Virus record (IMG/VR): IMGVR_UViG_3300028591_000124
Coordinates: 48,403-112,402 of that record
Direction: 5' to 3' (one strand)
Source: a virus
Lineage: Duplodnaviria; Caudoviricetes
Length of the DNA: 64,000 nucleotides
The first letter of the stretch is position 1. Each line of letters begins with the position of its first letter. Made by a program: the position numbers and the translations under genes. Shown here one piece after another: positions 29,940 to 40,889 of this stretch. The notes beneath the pieces are model-generated. The model saw only the letters and a list, made by a program, of their open reading frames with translations. It was not told where the DNA came from and did no database searches.

Positions 29940-30752
29940 TTACCCTATTACTTTTACCATATTTTCCAATACGTACTCTGGAAGGGCTGCGAGATTAATT
30001 TCTTTGTAGAAGTCATCACGAACCCTGCCCTTGTTAGTAGTTGCCATTTCAATCATTGGCATTCCAAAGAGAGGTGTGGTGCCAACTCTGTATGTGTCAT
30101 TGCCATCCACAAATGTATTTCCAACCAAAATCAAGATATTTGCCTTGACCTTGGCAATTCGCTCTTCATGAAGTTTCTCAGCCTTTTCAATAAGGTTATC
30201 TGCAATACCCTTGGCTTCTTCGATAACCTCTTTCACGTACTCACTACCGAAATAACCCCAGCATGAATCAACTACATCGCCATCAGGGTCTTCCAGCTGG
30301 AATCCATAAACGTCTCCAGTGTAGTACATATCTAAGGTTTTAACCTCACCGCGAAGACAATTGAGAGCTTTTTCACGAACTTCCTTAGTACAGATTTTCT
30401 TGCCGTACTCCTTGATTGCGTCTGCTTTTGAGACCGCAATAATTCCAAAGAGTCCGCTGTCCCAAGGGTCGTTATATGGATAGCCGCCATCACAGCTAAT
30501 AGTCAGGCCACTGTGCTCATAACCACGAATCTTCAACCAAATATAATTCTTCTTGAATTCATCACTGAGACCAGTTCCTTCGTCATTCAGGATTTCATCA
30601 ATACTGTGTTTATCTGGGTCATAACTACGACTGTTTGAATAAATCGTACCCAAATTATCCCATTCTCGCGGAGACTGAGGATCTGTATCGTAGTACACAT
30701 TAATGGTGTAACCACGATATTCTTCCGTTTTGTAAAGATAATCGCTTAACAT
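29940..30752 (-). CDS. conserved mobile-element/phage hypothetical protein
   Basis: SPREWDNLG, YEHSG, WDSG and DSCWGYFG motifs. Confidence 0.75.
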   Translation of the reverse strand: MLSDYLYKTEEYRGYTINVYYDTDPQSPREWDNLGTIYSNSRSYDPDKHSIDEILNDEGTGLSDEFKKNYIWLKIRGYEHSGLTISCDGGYPYNDPWDSGLFGIIAVSKADAIKEYGKKICTKEVREKALNCLRGEVKTLDMYYTGDVYGFQLEDPDGDVVDSCWGYFGSEYVKEVIEEAKGIADNLIEKAEKLHEERIAKVKANILILVGNTFVDGNDTYRVGTTPLFGMPMIEMATTNKGRVRDDFYKEINLAALPEYVLENMVKVIG

Positions 30753-31454
30753 AATTGTGTGATTGTTGATTGTTGTTGTTTAATCCACCTCAAAGTTTCG
30801 ATGGTCGAATTCTTTTCCGTCAAAAATACAAGAAAACATTTCAGAAGAGTTTGCTGTGCAATAGTAATCCAAGTCTTCATTACTCAGACCATTGTCACGC
30901 TTCAATCTTGTAAGACCTCTATCAATCTGGTCAATTTGTTCTGGAGTGTAAAGGTCTTCCAAGTCAATAATCAAATTGTTTCTTACATCTGCTATTGTCA
31001 TGTCATTTTTCAAGTTTGAATCTATAACACCTACTTTCATCCATGTGCTTATGGCACCATTCCAGTTGTTTTGAATTCATTCCAAAACGATGCTCACAAC
31101 GCTTACATTTTTCTAAGTCCATGAGAGATTTTCGAGGCTTTTGTATTGGCATCCCATAATTAATAATTGGAAGCTCAATATCTGGCACTCTTATGTCGAT
31201 TGGTTCCGCATTCATTTTCATGCGCTCCAGTTCTTCTGCATCAATAGGCACAATCTGAACACCGGACTCCAATTCTTTTGTTTTAATAAATTCTTCATCA
31301 AGCTTATCAAATTGCTCTCGAAGAATAAATACTTTTGGAACTTCCTTTTTAGGTACATTTACAAGTTCATGTGATAATTCTTCCATTTCCTTATTATTAA
31401 ACCTGAAAGGCACTCCTATAAGGGGTAAATGTGGCATAATGAATTTTGTTTTAT

Positions 31455-31493
31455 TCTCTGTGCCTGCGCTCCAAGAGAGCCAGGCACAAGAGA
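31455..31493 (-). promoter_or_regulatory. GC-rich hairpin downstream of the putative DGR variable region
   Basis: TGTGCCTG/CAGGCACA stem ~25 nt past the stop codon. Confidence 0.6.
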
Positions 31494-31516
31494 TAATGGA
31501 CTAAAGAGATAAAGAG

Positions 31517-32161
31517 TTAAAATGCGGAGACAGGGCGAACCCTGCCCTCGGACGTCTTGCCGTTGGTGGTCAGATAGCCATTGAGGAAGTACACGTCCCA
31601 AGCGAGCGTGGCACTGCGAACTGTGCAAGACCAATACCATTCATCCGCAAATGGTTCCTGACCGATATATGTAAGGGCAGCGTCCAATTTTCGTCTCAGT
31701 AGATACATGAGGTAAAGCTCACCGGCAGTCGGGATCCAATAGTTTTCTTCGAGCTCAATCTGGAGTCCCAGCTCAATCAGTCGCTCAGTTGTCTCACGTC
31801 CCTTGAAATCCTCAACAGCCTTGTCATACCAATCAAAATACAGAGACGAATCCTCTTCGTTAGTTTCCATCGAGACATCCGTTATGTCGGACGAAGCCAG
31901 CCTTACATTGAGGTCACCGTACTTTGCGCCAACAGCTATGGCACCGTCCTTGCTATTCTCGCCGGTAAACAACTCATGATGTCCGTCCTTATAAATGAGG
32001 AATACACCACACTCGCCAATTGGACCGACCTTGGTTTCGACTATTGGCTTAGATTCACTACCAATAATAAAATCAAATGCTTTCTTTGCATTTTCCACAT
32101 TGTTACCAAACCCTTTAATAAGGTCGTAACGCAACTGCTGTAAATAATTCAATTGTTCCAT
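31517..32161 (-). CDS. DUF1566/C-type-lectin-fold protein with a DGR-type variable region
   Basis: WIPTAGEL and the C-terminus WYWSCT..SAT.AW.V.F.NG.....K....RVRPVSAF; variable positions use NNC/NNT codons. Confidence 0.85.
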   Translation of the reverse strand: MEQLNYLQQLRYDLIKGFGNNVENAKKAFDFIIGSESKPIVETKVGPIGECGVFLIYKDGHHELFTGENSKDGAIAVGAKYGDLNVRLASSDITDVSMETNEEDSSLYFDWYDKAVEDFKGRETTERLIELGLQIELEENYWIPTAGELYLMYLLRRKLDAALTYIGQEPFADEWYWSCTVRSATLAWDVYFLNGYLTTNGKTSEGRVRPVSAF

Positions 32162-32681
32162 TTCTGTAAAAAAATTAGAGTTTCATAAAAATATCGTCTG
32201 GAGTGCCGTATTCAAACCACCAGCCCTCTGGAAGATCATTGTCATCACCATATTCTTCCATAAGGTCACTAATCTCATCCGAAATAGTGGGACTGGCAAA
32301 ACTAATATCACAACGGTAATAATCTATGCGTTCAAGAGCTACCTGGGCCTCTGCATCTGACCATCTGTGATTGTCACGGACATACTGGATTGCTTCATTA
32401 AAATGATTCATGGCTCATCCTCCTCATGCATTTTGTTATTTACGGCAAAATAATAACCGGCACCATAATCATAATACAGATCCCAGTCATCGTCAATCAC
32501 ATCAACGAAATTGTGATATGTAGGCATATCCTGGAAACTGCCATCACCACCATAAATGACATTTTTGAACCATTCCTTAGCGGCTTGTTCTTCTGTCACA
32601 TTAATTCCGTGACTCTTGCTTTCTTCCTCAGCAATCTCAGAAGCCTGATAAGACTCTAATATGCCGTCATACAAATATCGC

Positions 32682-32987
32682 TTACTCATACCATAATCCG
32701 TATTCTTCCAATTTTGATTTAATTCCGTCAAAATGCACTCTCTCGTAATTATCATCTTCTGAGAAGTGCTTTGCAGTAGCATTCCATTTATCGAAACATT
32801 CCTTACAGAATACTTGATTCAAAACTGGAACATAGTAACACGTTTGCCCAGCAATCTGTTTATTACAATTGTCACAAACAAGAATGCGGCCAACAAATTG
32901 CACAGGCACACCGAATCCGATAGCCGCAAAATCTGTTTCGCTACCCTCGATTACCAGAAATTTTGATTCCTTAAATTGTTTTGCCAT
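32682..32987 (-). CDS. small Zn-finger hypothetical protein
   Basis: CDNC...YYVPVLN..FCKEC. Confidence 0.7.
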   Translation of the reverse strand: MAKQFKESKFLVIEGSETDFAAIGFGVPVQFVGRILVCDNCNKQIAGQTCYYVPVLNQVFCKECFDKWNATAKHFSEDDNYERVHFDGIKSKLEEYGLWYE

Positions 32988-33348
32988 AATTAAAAAATTA
33001 AATTCATTCTATTGAGAAGTGAAAAATATGGCCCGAACATTTCCTTGAAATCCTCAGACATTTGGCGATTCTTGATGTATTTCTGAACTGCATCATGACG
33101 TTCTTCGTCCGGCATATCAATGAATTCCATCAGTCGTTCTATCCAGTCTTTCTGAGCTGCAAGCTGTTCCTTTAACTTAGAGTTTTCTTCAGAGAGGCGG
33201 TCTACTTCTGTACGTGCCTTTACATAAGCATTCCAGTTGTCACTTGACCGCTTCTTCCAAGATTCCACGTCCCGCTTATATTTAGCAGCCATCTGTTTAC
33301 GTACTTCCTCACGAATTTCGTTCGGTTTCTTTGCCTTAGACATAATCG

Positions 33349-34026
33349 TTACGTATGAATTGACCAACGGTTTTCATTTACATAATCAGAATAGATGATG
33401 CCACCAACCAAACGCTGCTGACCATTGACCCATTCACAAAAACCAAAGCTGTTCTTTGCAAAGTCTCCGTAAATCTCAACATAGTGGTCGATAGCGCATC
33501 TTGTATAATGAGAGAGACGTTCGACACAATCTTCGAGGGAGTGGTCATTCAATTCAATGCCAAGCCCAACAGTTGCATCATAACGTTTTTTGATTTCATC
33601 GGTCATACGAATCTGAAGTGGTTCACGTCTCAAATCAAACTCGTCAGAATATTTTTCCATGAGCCGTTCATATTCTGGTCTCCAAATGTTCATAAAAATA
33701 TCTTCAATGTCTTCACGATGAACTTGGGTCAGTACAAATCCGTCCCAATAGAAGAATTTATAACTGGGATCTTTCCAGTATATGATAGACATCAGTGGAG
33801 CATTCTCTTCACGGAACCAGGCAAATCTGCAAGTTTGATTAGCCATGTATTCACCCATTCTTGTAGGACCTACATGAACAAGAGACGTACCACCCTCACG
33901 AACACACCAGAAAAACGGCTCCCACGAATCTTCCAGTTCCTTGATGTCGTACTTCTCAAAGTCCTGCTTGCACCAGTGAGTATCAAATAACTCACTTCTC
34001 ATTTGGTCAAGTATCTCTTTTGTCAT
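33349..34026 (-). CDS. DUF4120-domain protein
   Basis: C-terminal SLEDCVERL..DFAKNSFGF..GGIIY..WSIHT; ATG 34026 preferred as start. Confidence 0.65.
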   Translation of the reverse strand: MTKEILDQMRSELFDTHWCKQDFEKYDIKELEDSWEPFFWCVREGGTSLVHVGPTRMGEYMANQTCRFAWFREENAPLMSIIYWKDPSYKFFYWDGFVLTQVHREDIEDIFMNIWRPEYERLMEKYSDEFDLRREPLQIRMTDEIKKRYDATVGLGIELNDHSLEDCVERLSHYTRCAIDHYVEIYGDFAKNSFGFCEWVNGQQRLVGGIIYSDYVNENRWSIHT

Positions 34027-34266
34027 TTTGAATTTTCGGAAAAGTGAGGGCAGGCTTGTGACCATACCCTCGGTTTAACAATCAACACGCAATTACGAAA
34101 AACTAATTCCGCAATTATTTCTCACTATCAAATATGACAGTATCGCCTCGCTTGATCTCATGAAAGGCAAGTCCGTCACACTCCACAAAAGTCTTGGTAG
34201 ATTGTGGCTGATTTTCACGATACATCCACAAATCGCCATCTTCGTCTCTATGCAAACATATTTTCA

Positions 34267-36153
34267 TTATGCAGCCTCCTTTTCACACATTTCGTGATAC
34301 ATGCGTTCCATTTCACAGTAGGCAATCTCATGGCACCCAGCCTTAAGAATGTCATCCTTGTAATATTCAACAGAGTATCCTGCCATTGTTACTGGAACAA
34401 ACGGCTGACCATTATGCCAACCATTGATGATGTCCCAATATTTGTGGCACTCGTCAAATGTCATTCGGATACCCTTTGAGGTCTCGATGATTCCATTCTG
34501 AGAACCAAATCTCAAAAGCACATTACCACCATAGAACAGGTCACTCTTGGAGATATTAATTTCAGCAGGAATCGAACCAAGATGCTCTCTCCAGATACGT
34601 CGCACACCATCAATACCACCATTCTTGTAAGCCTCCAGCTTCTCCAGTTTGGCTTGGTACTCCTTACGTTTACGCTCAAATTCAGCACGTTCACGTCTCT
34701 CACGATCTGCATCCCAGCGGTCTTTACGAACCACAAATTCATTCATGATGTGGTGGTCTTCCGGAGTCAGAGACATATTGCCATTGAGTGCAACATAGAA
34801 CTCATACAATTTGTGACCGCGCTTGCGTCTCATACACAATTCAGCTTTCTGCCAGAAACGCATACGATACAGTTTTTTATCGCGGGCCTGGCAGAATCTT
34901 TCATATTCAGAACCTGTGAAACTAATTGTGTCACGATTGAAATATGCTGAAACATAATTCGGCCAAACAGATTCAGAAAGATGATACTCAGTACGAATCC
35001 ATGACTTCGGGTAGTCATTCAAATATATGAACTTTCCACCCTTATCTACGGTCTTGACCTCCAAATTTGTGCCCCATCGCATATCACTCTCACTAAGAGT
35101 ATTGATACCCATGAACTTTCTCGCACGATTGTACGATTCACGTTGACGCTTGATACGGTCAGACTGTTCCTTGTTGGTTGTAATCACTGCCAGACGGTCT
35201 TTCTTCATCTGCAACAACTCCAAACGCCCCTCATGGGATTTGAGCATCTTTCTCAGACCCTTATTTGTCAATTCGTTCTCGTTCTTCTTCTGGAAAGCGT
35301 TCTCATTGGTAGCTGGAAGAAACAAATACTCACGAATTGCATCCATTTTGGCAATTGTAGCCTGAGCCTTACCAATACCGGCAATACGCTTCTCCATAGA
35401 AGCCCAAGTACCCTCACCAAACATGGCATCAGAAATCTTCTGTCTCCAGTTCTCTTCACCAGTGGTAAAGTTGACATCCCAGTGACCATTGTATTTCTCA
35501 CAAGAGGTACTTACTTCGATGTGGAATTCGAGAATCAGACTAACCATTGTGCGGACTCTCCTGTAAACTTCTTTGCTGTCAACACCCTCTTCTACAAATT
35601 CGGTGGTGCCTGGAAGTTTCTCATACGGAGTGCGCAGCCACTTTTTCAGTGAACAATCATCACGATACAGAGAATTAAGAATACCGATTGCTTTCAGAGG
35701 ATAGAGATTGATATTTGGTGTCTCTTTGGTCTTTCCTACGGTCACATACTGGAAATCCCAATACAAATCCATGAGGAAATGATTCACCAGCCACATACGC
35801 TTCTCTTTGTTGAAAGAGTCACGGCTACCCAAGAATGCCACGTTGTTGTAACTGTGGTAGTAGTAATAAGAGGAATTTCGAGCATCCCAGTGTGTCTCGA
35901 TAACGTGCCAGTCACTCGGAATTGCATGTCTCAGATGACCAAGATGCTTTGCCGTCTCATTGGTCAAATGCTGGTCAATCATCAAGAATAAATGCTTGTC
36001 TCGGTCAAGACACTGGCAAATCGTTGTCCTGTAAGACAAACACGAACGTTCGTCAAAATGCATGTTACTGCTCTCATAAAAACGAGAGTCATCAGATTTC
36101 ATTCTCTGATTGTGTACCCATCTGTGGGCGCACTCTGAACTGTTATAACCCAT
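34267..36153 (-). CDS. large conserved phage hypothetical protein
   Basis: 628 aa; AHRW..SY..TAKH N-terminus and IETSKG..AGCH C-terminus. Confidence 0.85.
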   Translation of the reverse strand: MGYNSSECAHRWVHNQRMKSDDSRFYESSNMHFDERSCLSYRTTICQCLDRDKHLFLMIDQHLTNETAKHLGHLRHAIPSDWHVIETHWDARNSSYYYYHSYNNVAFLGSRDSFNKEKRMWLVNHFLMDLYWDFQYVTVGKTKETPNINLYPLKAIGILNSLYRDDCSLKKWLRTPYEKLPGTTEFVEEGVDSKEVYRRVRTMVSLILEFHIEVSTSCEKYNGHWDVNFTTGEENWRQKISDAMFGEGTWASMEKRIAGIGKAQATIAKMDAIREYLFLPATNENAFQKKNENELTNKGLRKMLKSHEGRLELLQMKKDRLAVITTNKEQSDRIKRQRESYNRARKFMGINTLSESDMRWGTNLEVKTVDKGGKFIYLNDYPKSWIRTEYHLSESVWPNYVSAYFNRDTISFTGSEYERFCQARDKKLYRMRFWQKAELCMRRKRGHKLYEFYVALNGNMSLTPEDHHIMNEFVVRKDRWDADRERRERAEFERKRKEYQAKLEKLEAYKNGGIDGVRRIWREHLGSIPAEINISKSDLFYGGNVLLRFGSQNGIIETSKGIRMTFDECHKYWDIINGWHNGQPFVPVTMAGYSVEYYKDDILKAGCHEIAYCEMERMYHEMCEKEAA

Positions 36154-36773
36154 AATGTTGGAAAATTAAGTTGTTAAAAAATAGTTTTATCTACCAAGTA
36201 TCCAGTGCTTCTCTTCTTTACTCCACACTTCTACTTTCCAGTGGTCTTCACCCTTACTGAAATCCTCTACAAGCCTCGCATGTTCTGGCAGCTTGTGTTC
36301 AATGGGACACGTAGGACCGAAGAAAATGACTTGATTCTTATCCGTATCGATGTATGCGCTATCTCCTGCTACTATTTTGTAACCAAAGAAATCGGAGAGC
36401 GCAACCATCTGTCCGTATGTCAGGTTTATATCCATAATACTTGGTTTCTGAGTTTTAGAAAAAGTGCGGGCTGCATAAGAAAATACGTTACCAAGAACAA
36501 TATCAAAATGCCTCCTCCGAAGAGTAAAGGACTTAGAACAAGAACCTCCAGACTGCTAACAAGAGCAAAATCATACCTCCGTCAATCAAGACTTCTCAGG
36601 TTTGGTAATTCGCAGTTCCTGGAGAAAGACATGCCGTATCCAATAATGGCAGTACGACACATCGGTTGTTATACTTAATTATTGTTCATGAATGTAAAAG
36701 AACGCATCTTCTCACACATGCACCCAGGTTTCCCGTCAACTGGTCAGTCCTGGGTTACCCGCACGGAATTCAA

Positions 36774-37685
36774 CTAATTCTTACCAAGCATATTTATCGC
36801 TTCGTATATCTTCGCAAGGTGGTCTGGAATGACGATTTTGAGGTCAGCAATCTTCTTGGATTCCTCAGACTTCCATGCCTCGAACTCTGCCAACTGTTTC
36901 TTGCCCTCTACATCCCACTCACGGACTTTCTCTGCATATTCAGAGTTTCGCTTCATGTTCTCAGCACGAACCTGTTCGTCAATATCATGGAGAATCGAAT
37001 TCAACTCTGCCTGCTTTGAACGATGCTCAGCCTGAAGATTGAAAAAGACCTCATTGACATCGTGTTCATCACACGTCGGCTTGTACTCATATACCAGAGC
37101 ATCACGTCCCTCACCCTTGACCTCAAATGGAGCACCACTGATTTTCAGAAGATTCTTGCGGGCATTCGAATATGTGCCGTCTGGATGTATGAACTTACCG
37201 AAGACCGCACATGTGGTCTGCAACTCATAAATCCGGTTGCGCTCCTTGATATTGAGACTGGCAATATATTCGTCCTTGGTTATGCTGTCTGGACGCTTGG
37301 GCTGTCCCCAGAAGTCCATACCGCGTTCCTTGAACCATTCTTCGATGTCCTTTTTGTTGATGGCATTCAGAAGATTCTCACGCGCCTTGATAGCCTCACG
37401 CAGCCATGCGATCAGAGACTTTGCCTCAGACACCTGTTTGAGATAATGCGGAATGTCTCTCAGTTCTTCTGGAGTCATGCCTACACTTGTCTGTGACTTG
37501 TCGGGACTTCCTATCAGACCCACATGAGTCGAATAGAAATCAAACTTATACAATATGCCCATTTCGATGTTCTGAGCAAACTCTTTCGCCATGTTAGCGA
37601 TGTGATTGGCAGAGGTCGATGTCAGACCGTTCTCGCCAAAGAAAACCATATTCTTATCCATGATTCTGTGATTTGTTTCATTCAA
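36774..37685 (-). CDS. conserved Bacteroidota-phage coiled-coil protein
   Basis: GLTSTSANHIAN, AWLREAIKA and GKFIHPDG segments. Confidence 0.85.
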   Translation of the reverse strand: MNETNHRIMDKNMVFFGENGLTSTSANHIANMAKEFAQNIEMGILYKFDFYSTHVGLIGSPDKSQTSVGMTPEELRDIPHYLKQVSEAKSLIAWLREAIKARENLLNAINKKDIEEWFKERGMDFWGQPKRPDSITKDEYIASLNIKERNRIYELQTTCAVFGKFIHPDGTYSNARKNLLKISGAPFEVKGEGRDALVYEYKPTCDEHDVNEVFFNLQAEHRSKQAELNSILHDIDEQVRAENMKRNSEYAEKVREWDVEGKKQLAEFEAWKSEESKKIADLKIVIPDHLAKIYEAINMLGKN

Positions 37686-38987
37686 ATTGAAATAGGGCAG
37701 AGGAATCCCCTGCCCGTTGTTACTTTAACTTAGGTTCTCAGAAATTAACGTCCTTTAAGTACGTGTTCCTCGAATCTTTCCATAGCATCCAGCCACCTGT
37801 TCAAGAGCCCCTGGTGAGACATGGCCCATGCGCACAGGAAGAAGAAATACACAATTCCGAAAATATTCGGCCACCATGACTTACCCTCATCCACAATCAA
37901 GAAACAAGGCGCAATGATAACCATCCAGCCGATGAATTTTGCCAAGTCGTTCATACCAGTATCATTCCTGTATTGCGACGGGCGAACAGACTGCGACGGA
38001 TTGCCTCAGCCTTTGCCTCGAACGGTGAACAACTACGCTGGAGGACCAGCACGACATTCTTTACGACGAGACCTAATCTGTAGTCATAAGTGGTCTCAAT
38101 CGCATTCTTGCGGAATCTCTGGCGATGTCCGCACTTATTTGGATTTTTAAGTGTTATCATATCAGTCGATGTTGTAATTGAATTCGTATATTACTCTGCG
38201 ACGTAGCATGGAGACTTCCAGATTCGAAAGTCCGCATTCCTTGATGATTTCAGCCATTCTGAACGGGGTGACATACATGGATACGCCAACTCGCGCCATC
38301 ATACGGAAGATACCCAGGATTTCCTCGTAGGCATCCAACTTGGTCATGATTTTGTGGTGTGTCATAATGGCCTCGCTTTCTCTATTTAATAGCCGACTGC
38401 CACCAGTACGATGACATTCAGGGTCCTCTTCACACAAGAGACGATCTCGACACGCGAATACGTATCCAGAAGACGGTCTCTCAAATCCTCTACGTGGCTC
38501 ATAGAGTCCACACTGTACTCCTTGGTCTTCATACGCGAACGCCCTCCTTAAGAATACGTGAATACCATTCAATATCTTCAGAACACCTGTTGATGTGCTG
38601 GATGATAGTGAACTTGTCGAACTCTGACACAGCATCGTTATAACGTGCCTGCCACTTCTTCTTTGCCTCATTTAGCCCTGCGATGAGGTTACGCAGCAAG
38701 GTCTGTCCCTTGGGTCCGAATTGATGTTTCATAATCTTGTGGATTAAATTAAACAATAAGAAAAAAGATTTGTGATTGCGCCTGCCCAGCCCTCGAAAAG
38801 CTGGGTGTCTGCCATATTGCTACTCAGAACAAGCATTCATTCGTTCGTTCACCATATCATTGAGCACACGAACCACCAGTTCGGTTGCTCTGCTTATTGA
38901 AACCCTCTCATGTCCTTCAAGGATTGCCCTTGCTTTGCATAGTAGGGTTATCCTATCATCGACTGTCATTTTGCGGTCCTCCGAAAT

Positions 38988-39446
38988 TTATGAGAAACAT
39001 CCACTAAGCTCTCTCTGAACCTGGGCAAGGCTCTTCTCCTTGGAGAACACATAGCTGCCACCACCACAGTTCTTCAGGCGACCATTCCATTTGCCACCCA
39101 GCTTCTTGAATGCCACCATGAGGCACTTTGTATCCGCATTTGTGCTCAGGACAAAGCACTTCTCAGAGTAGTCCACGAACTTGAACTTCATCTTCTTGAT
39201 AGCCTTTTTGTCAGCCAGGGAAATCTGCTCAATCTCCATTTTGTCGGCTCTCTTCTGCATACGATTAGCCTCTTTGTTACGAGATTTGAGCATCTTGACG
39301 TGACTGTCGTAAGCTGCCTTGATGTCCGAAAATGCGGTCTTTGCCTCATCCTCGCTCATGCCTGTGAATATACTTGCAAAATTGTTGTTTGCGGGCTTAG
39401 TCTCTTGCTTTGCAGTCTTTCCTGCGGTCTTCTTATCGTTTGCCAT
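38988..39446 (-). CDS. basic hypothetical protein
   Basis: VDYSEK..LGGKWN..YVFS small domain. Confidence 0.75.
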   Translation of the reverse strand: MANDKKTAGKTAKQETKPANNNFASIFTGMSEDEAKTAFSDIKAAYDSHVKMLKSRNKEANRMQKRADKMEIEQISLADKKAIKKMKFKFVDYSEKCFVLSTNADTKCLMVAFKKLGGKWNGRLKNCGGGSYVFSKEKSLAQVQRELSGCFS

Positions 39447-39497
39447 GATGATATAGTAGCCCCACTTGAAAGCGGCTACAACTGCTTTTGTTGATTG

Positions 39498-39962
39498 TTA
39501 AAAAGTTTTCTTCGATTTGCACACTATTGTGACTTTTGAATTTGCAAACCTTACGACATGGAGATAACTTCCAGTCTTGTCTCCTACGTGGTCTCGCACT
39601 CGCTTATTTGTGCGGGTGCCCTTGCCAGCATTGAACATTCCAAGACCACACTCCAAAGGACGCTTTGACTCCTTTGCTTCTTCAAGCTTTGCAAGCTTTT
39701 GTTCGTAGTTATGACAAGCCTCTTCCTGTGTCTTATACGAACGCTTTGATTTCCAAAGTCCGTCCTGCTTCTTGTGGCGTTCCCACTGTACACGCCCACG
39801 AATCTGAGCGATTTCTTCCTTTGCCAAAGCTTTCTCAGCTTCAGCCATTTTGCGCATTATCCGCAAAGGCAGTCCTTGACGCTGGTCTGCTTTGACTTGG
39901 TTCTCGATAGTGCGCAACTGTGCCTCGGTGAACATGTCACCCATAGTTGCTACTGTCCGCAT
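39498..39962 (-). CDS. basic hypothetical protein
   Basis: 154 aa, preceded by the conserved leader motif. Confidence 0.7.
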   Translation of the reverse strand: MRTVATMGDMFTEAQLRTIENQVKADQRQGLPLRIMRKMAEAEKALAKEEIAQIRGRVQWERHKKQDGLWKSKRSYKTQEEACHNYEQKLAKLEEAKESKRPLECGLGMFNAGKGTRTNKRVRDHVGDKTGSYLHVVRFANSKVTIVCKSKKTF

Positions 39963-40146
39963 AGTTATCCGCTTGCCGTGTTGCGGTAGGGCTTAGATTG
40001 TGATACTTTGCACTCCACCCAAAAGTCACCTTTGCAGTGTGTCGGAGTGTGGTCACTTGTGTTCCCAGACCACCCCACAAAGTGAGGCGGTTTCGTCGCA
40101 ATTTTCAGCGTACTCTTCAGTGGGACTCTCGATAACCCTATGAGGG

Positions 40147-40824
40147 TTATGCAGCCTTTTTGAGGGACTTCTTGGTGCTCTTCTTGGAGCCCTTCTTGGA
40201 AGATTTCTCTTCCAAGCCGGTGAAACTCCACACTCCGTTGCTCTTAGCAACATGGCACCAGTCTGGCTGCTGAGAAGTGCCGATGTTGACATAACCTTCG
40301 GTTATGCTTGCAGCCTTGGCAGCAGCCTTTTCGACCTTTGCCACCCATGTCGTAGACATGGCACACTGCTTCAGTCCGTCCACTACCACATCTGTGGTAG
40401 GAGCCAAGTTGACCTTGCGGTCAAATGCTTTCTCAGTTTCACTGAGAAGAGTGCGCTTTTCGTACACTCTCACAGCCTTGTACAGACCACCCTCTTCGAG
40501 GGTGTACAGGGTGAGGTCTTGACCGTCAACAGTCACTTTGTGACTGATGCTGCGGAACATCTGAGGGTTGCCAGCCTGGTCTTTCAGACCACCCCACCAA
40601 GCGGTGAAGAAGTCAGCAGCCTTAAGGCTGGAGAGTGTGGTCACATGAACACCAAGGGTGTTCATAGCAGCGAGAAGTTCACGTCCTAAAGCTCTTGCTT
40701 TAGACTCCTGAAATGCTCTTGCAGTGGCATTCCAAGTGTGGACTGACTGCTTTGCAGTCTTGGCAGCGTTATTCACACGGGTGTTGTTACTCTGCTTGCG
40801 GTTGTTACTTTTGCGTGTTGTCAT
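40147..40824 (-). CDS. basic hypothetical protein, first gene of the long leftward block
   Basis: 225 aa with Lys-rich tail, preceded by the conserved leader motif. Confidence 0.8.
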   Translation of the reverse strand: MTTRKSNNRKQSNNTRVNNAAKTAKQSVHTWNATARAFQESKARALGRELLAAMNTLGVHVTTLSSLKAADFFTAWWGGLKDQAGNPQMFRSISHKVTVDGQDLTLYTLEEGGLYKAVRVYEKRTLLSETEKAFDRKVNLAPTTDVVVDGLKQCAMSTTWVAKVEKAAAKAASITEGYVNIGTSQQPDWCHVAKSNGVWSFTGLEEKSSKKGSKKSTKKSLKKAA

Positions 40825-40889
40825 AAAATGCGGCTTGACCGTGATGCCGTAGGGCTGAATGAATGTTAAACAAAATTGAAAATTTTGTG

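Noticed and set aside
26735-32161. Complete DGR made of this RT and the CLec target
   Set aside because: The RT lacks the DGR-type motif B, no avd-like gene was recognised, and no array unit resembles the VR.
38162-38671. 169-aa ORF as a single gene
   Set aside because: Its 5' part overlaps other small - strand ORFs in different frames; only the last ~68 codons (from MTHHK) look genuine.
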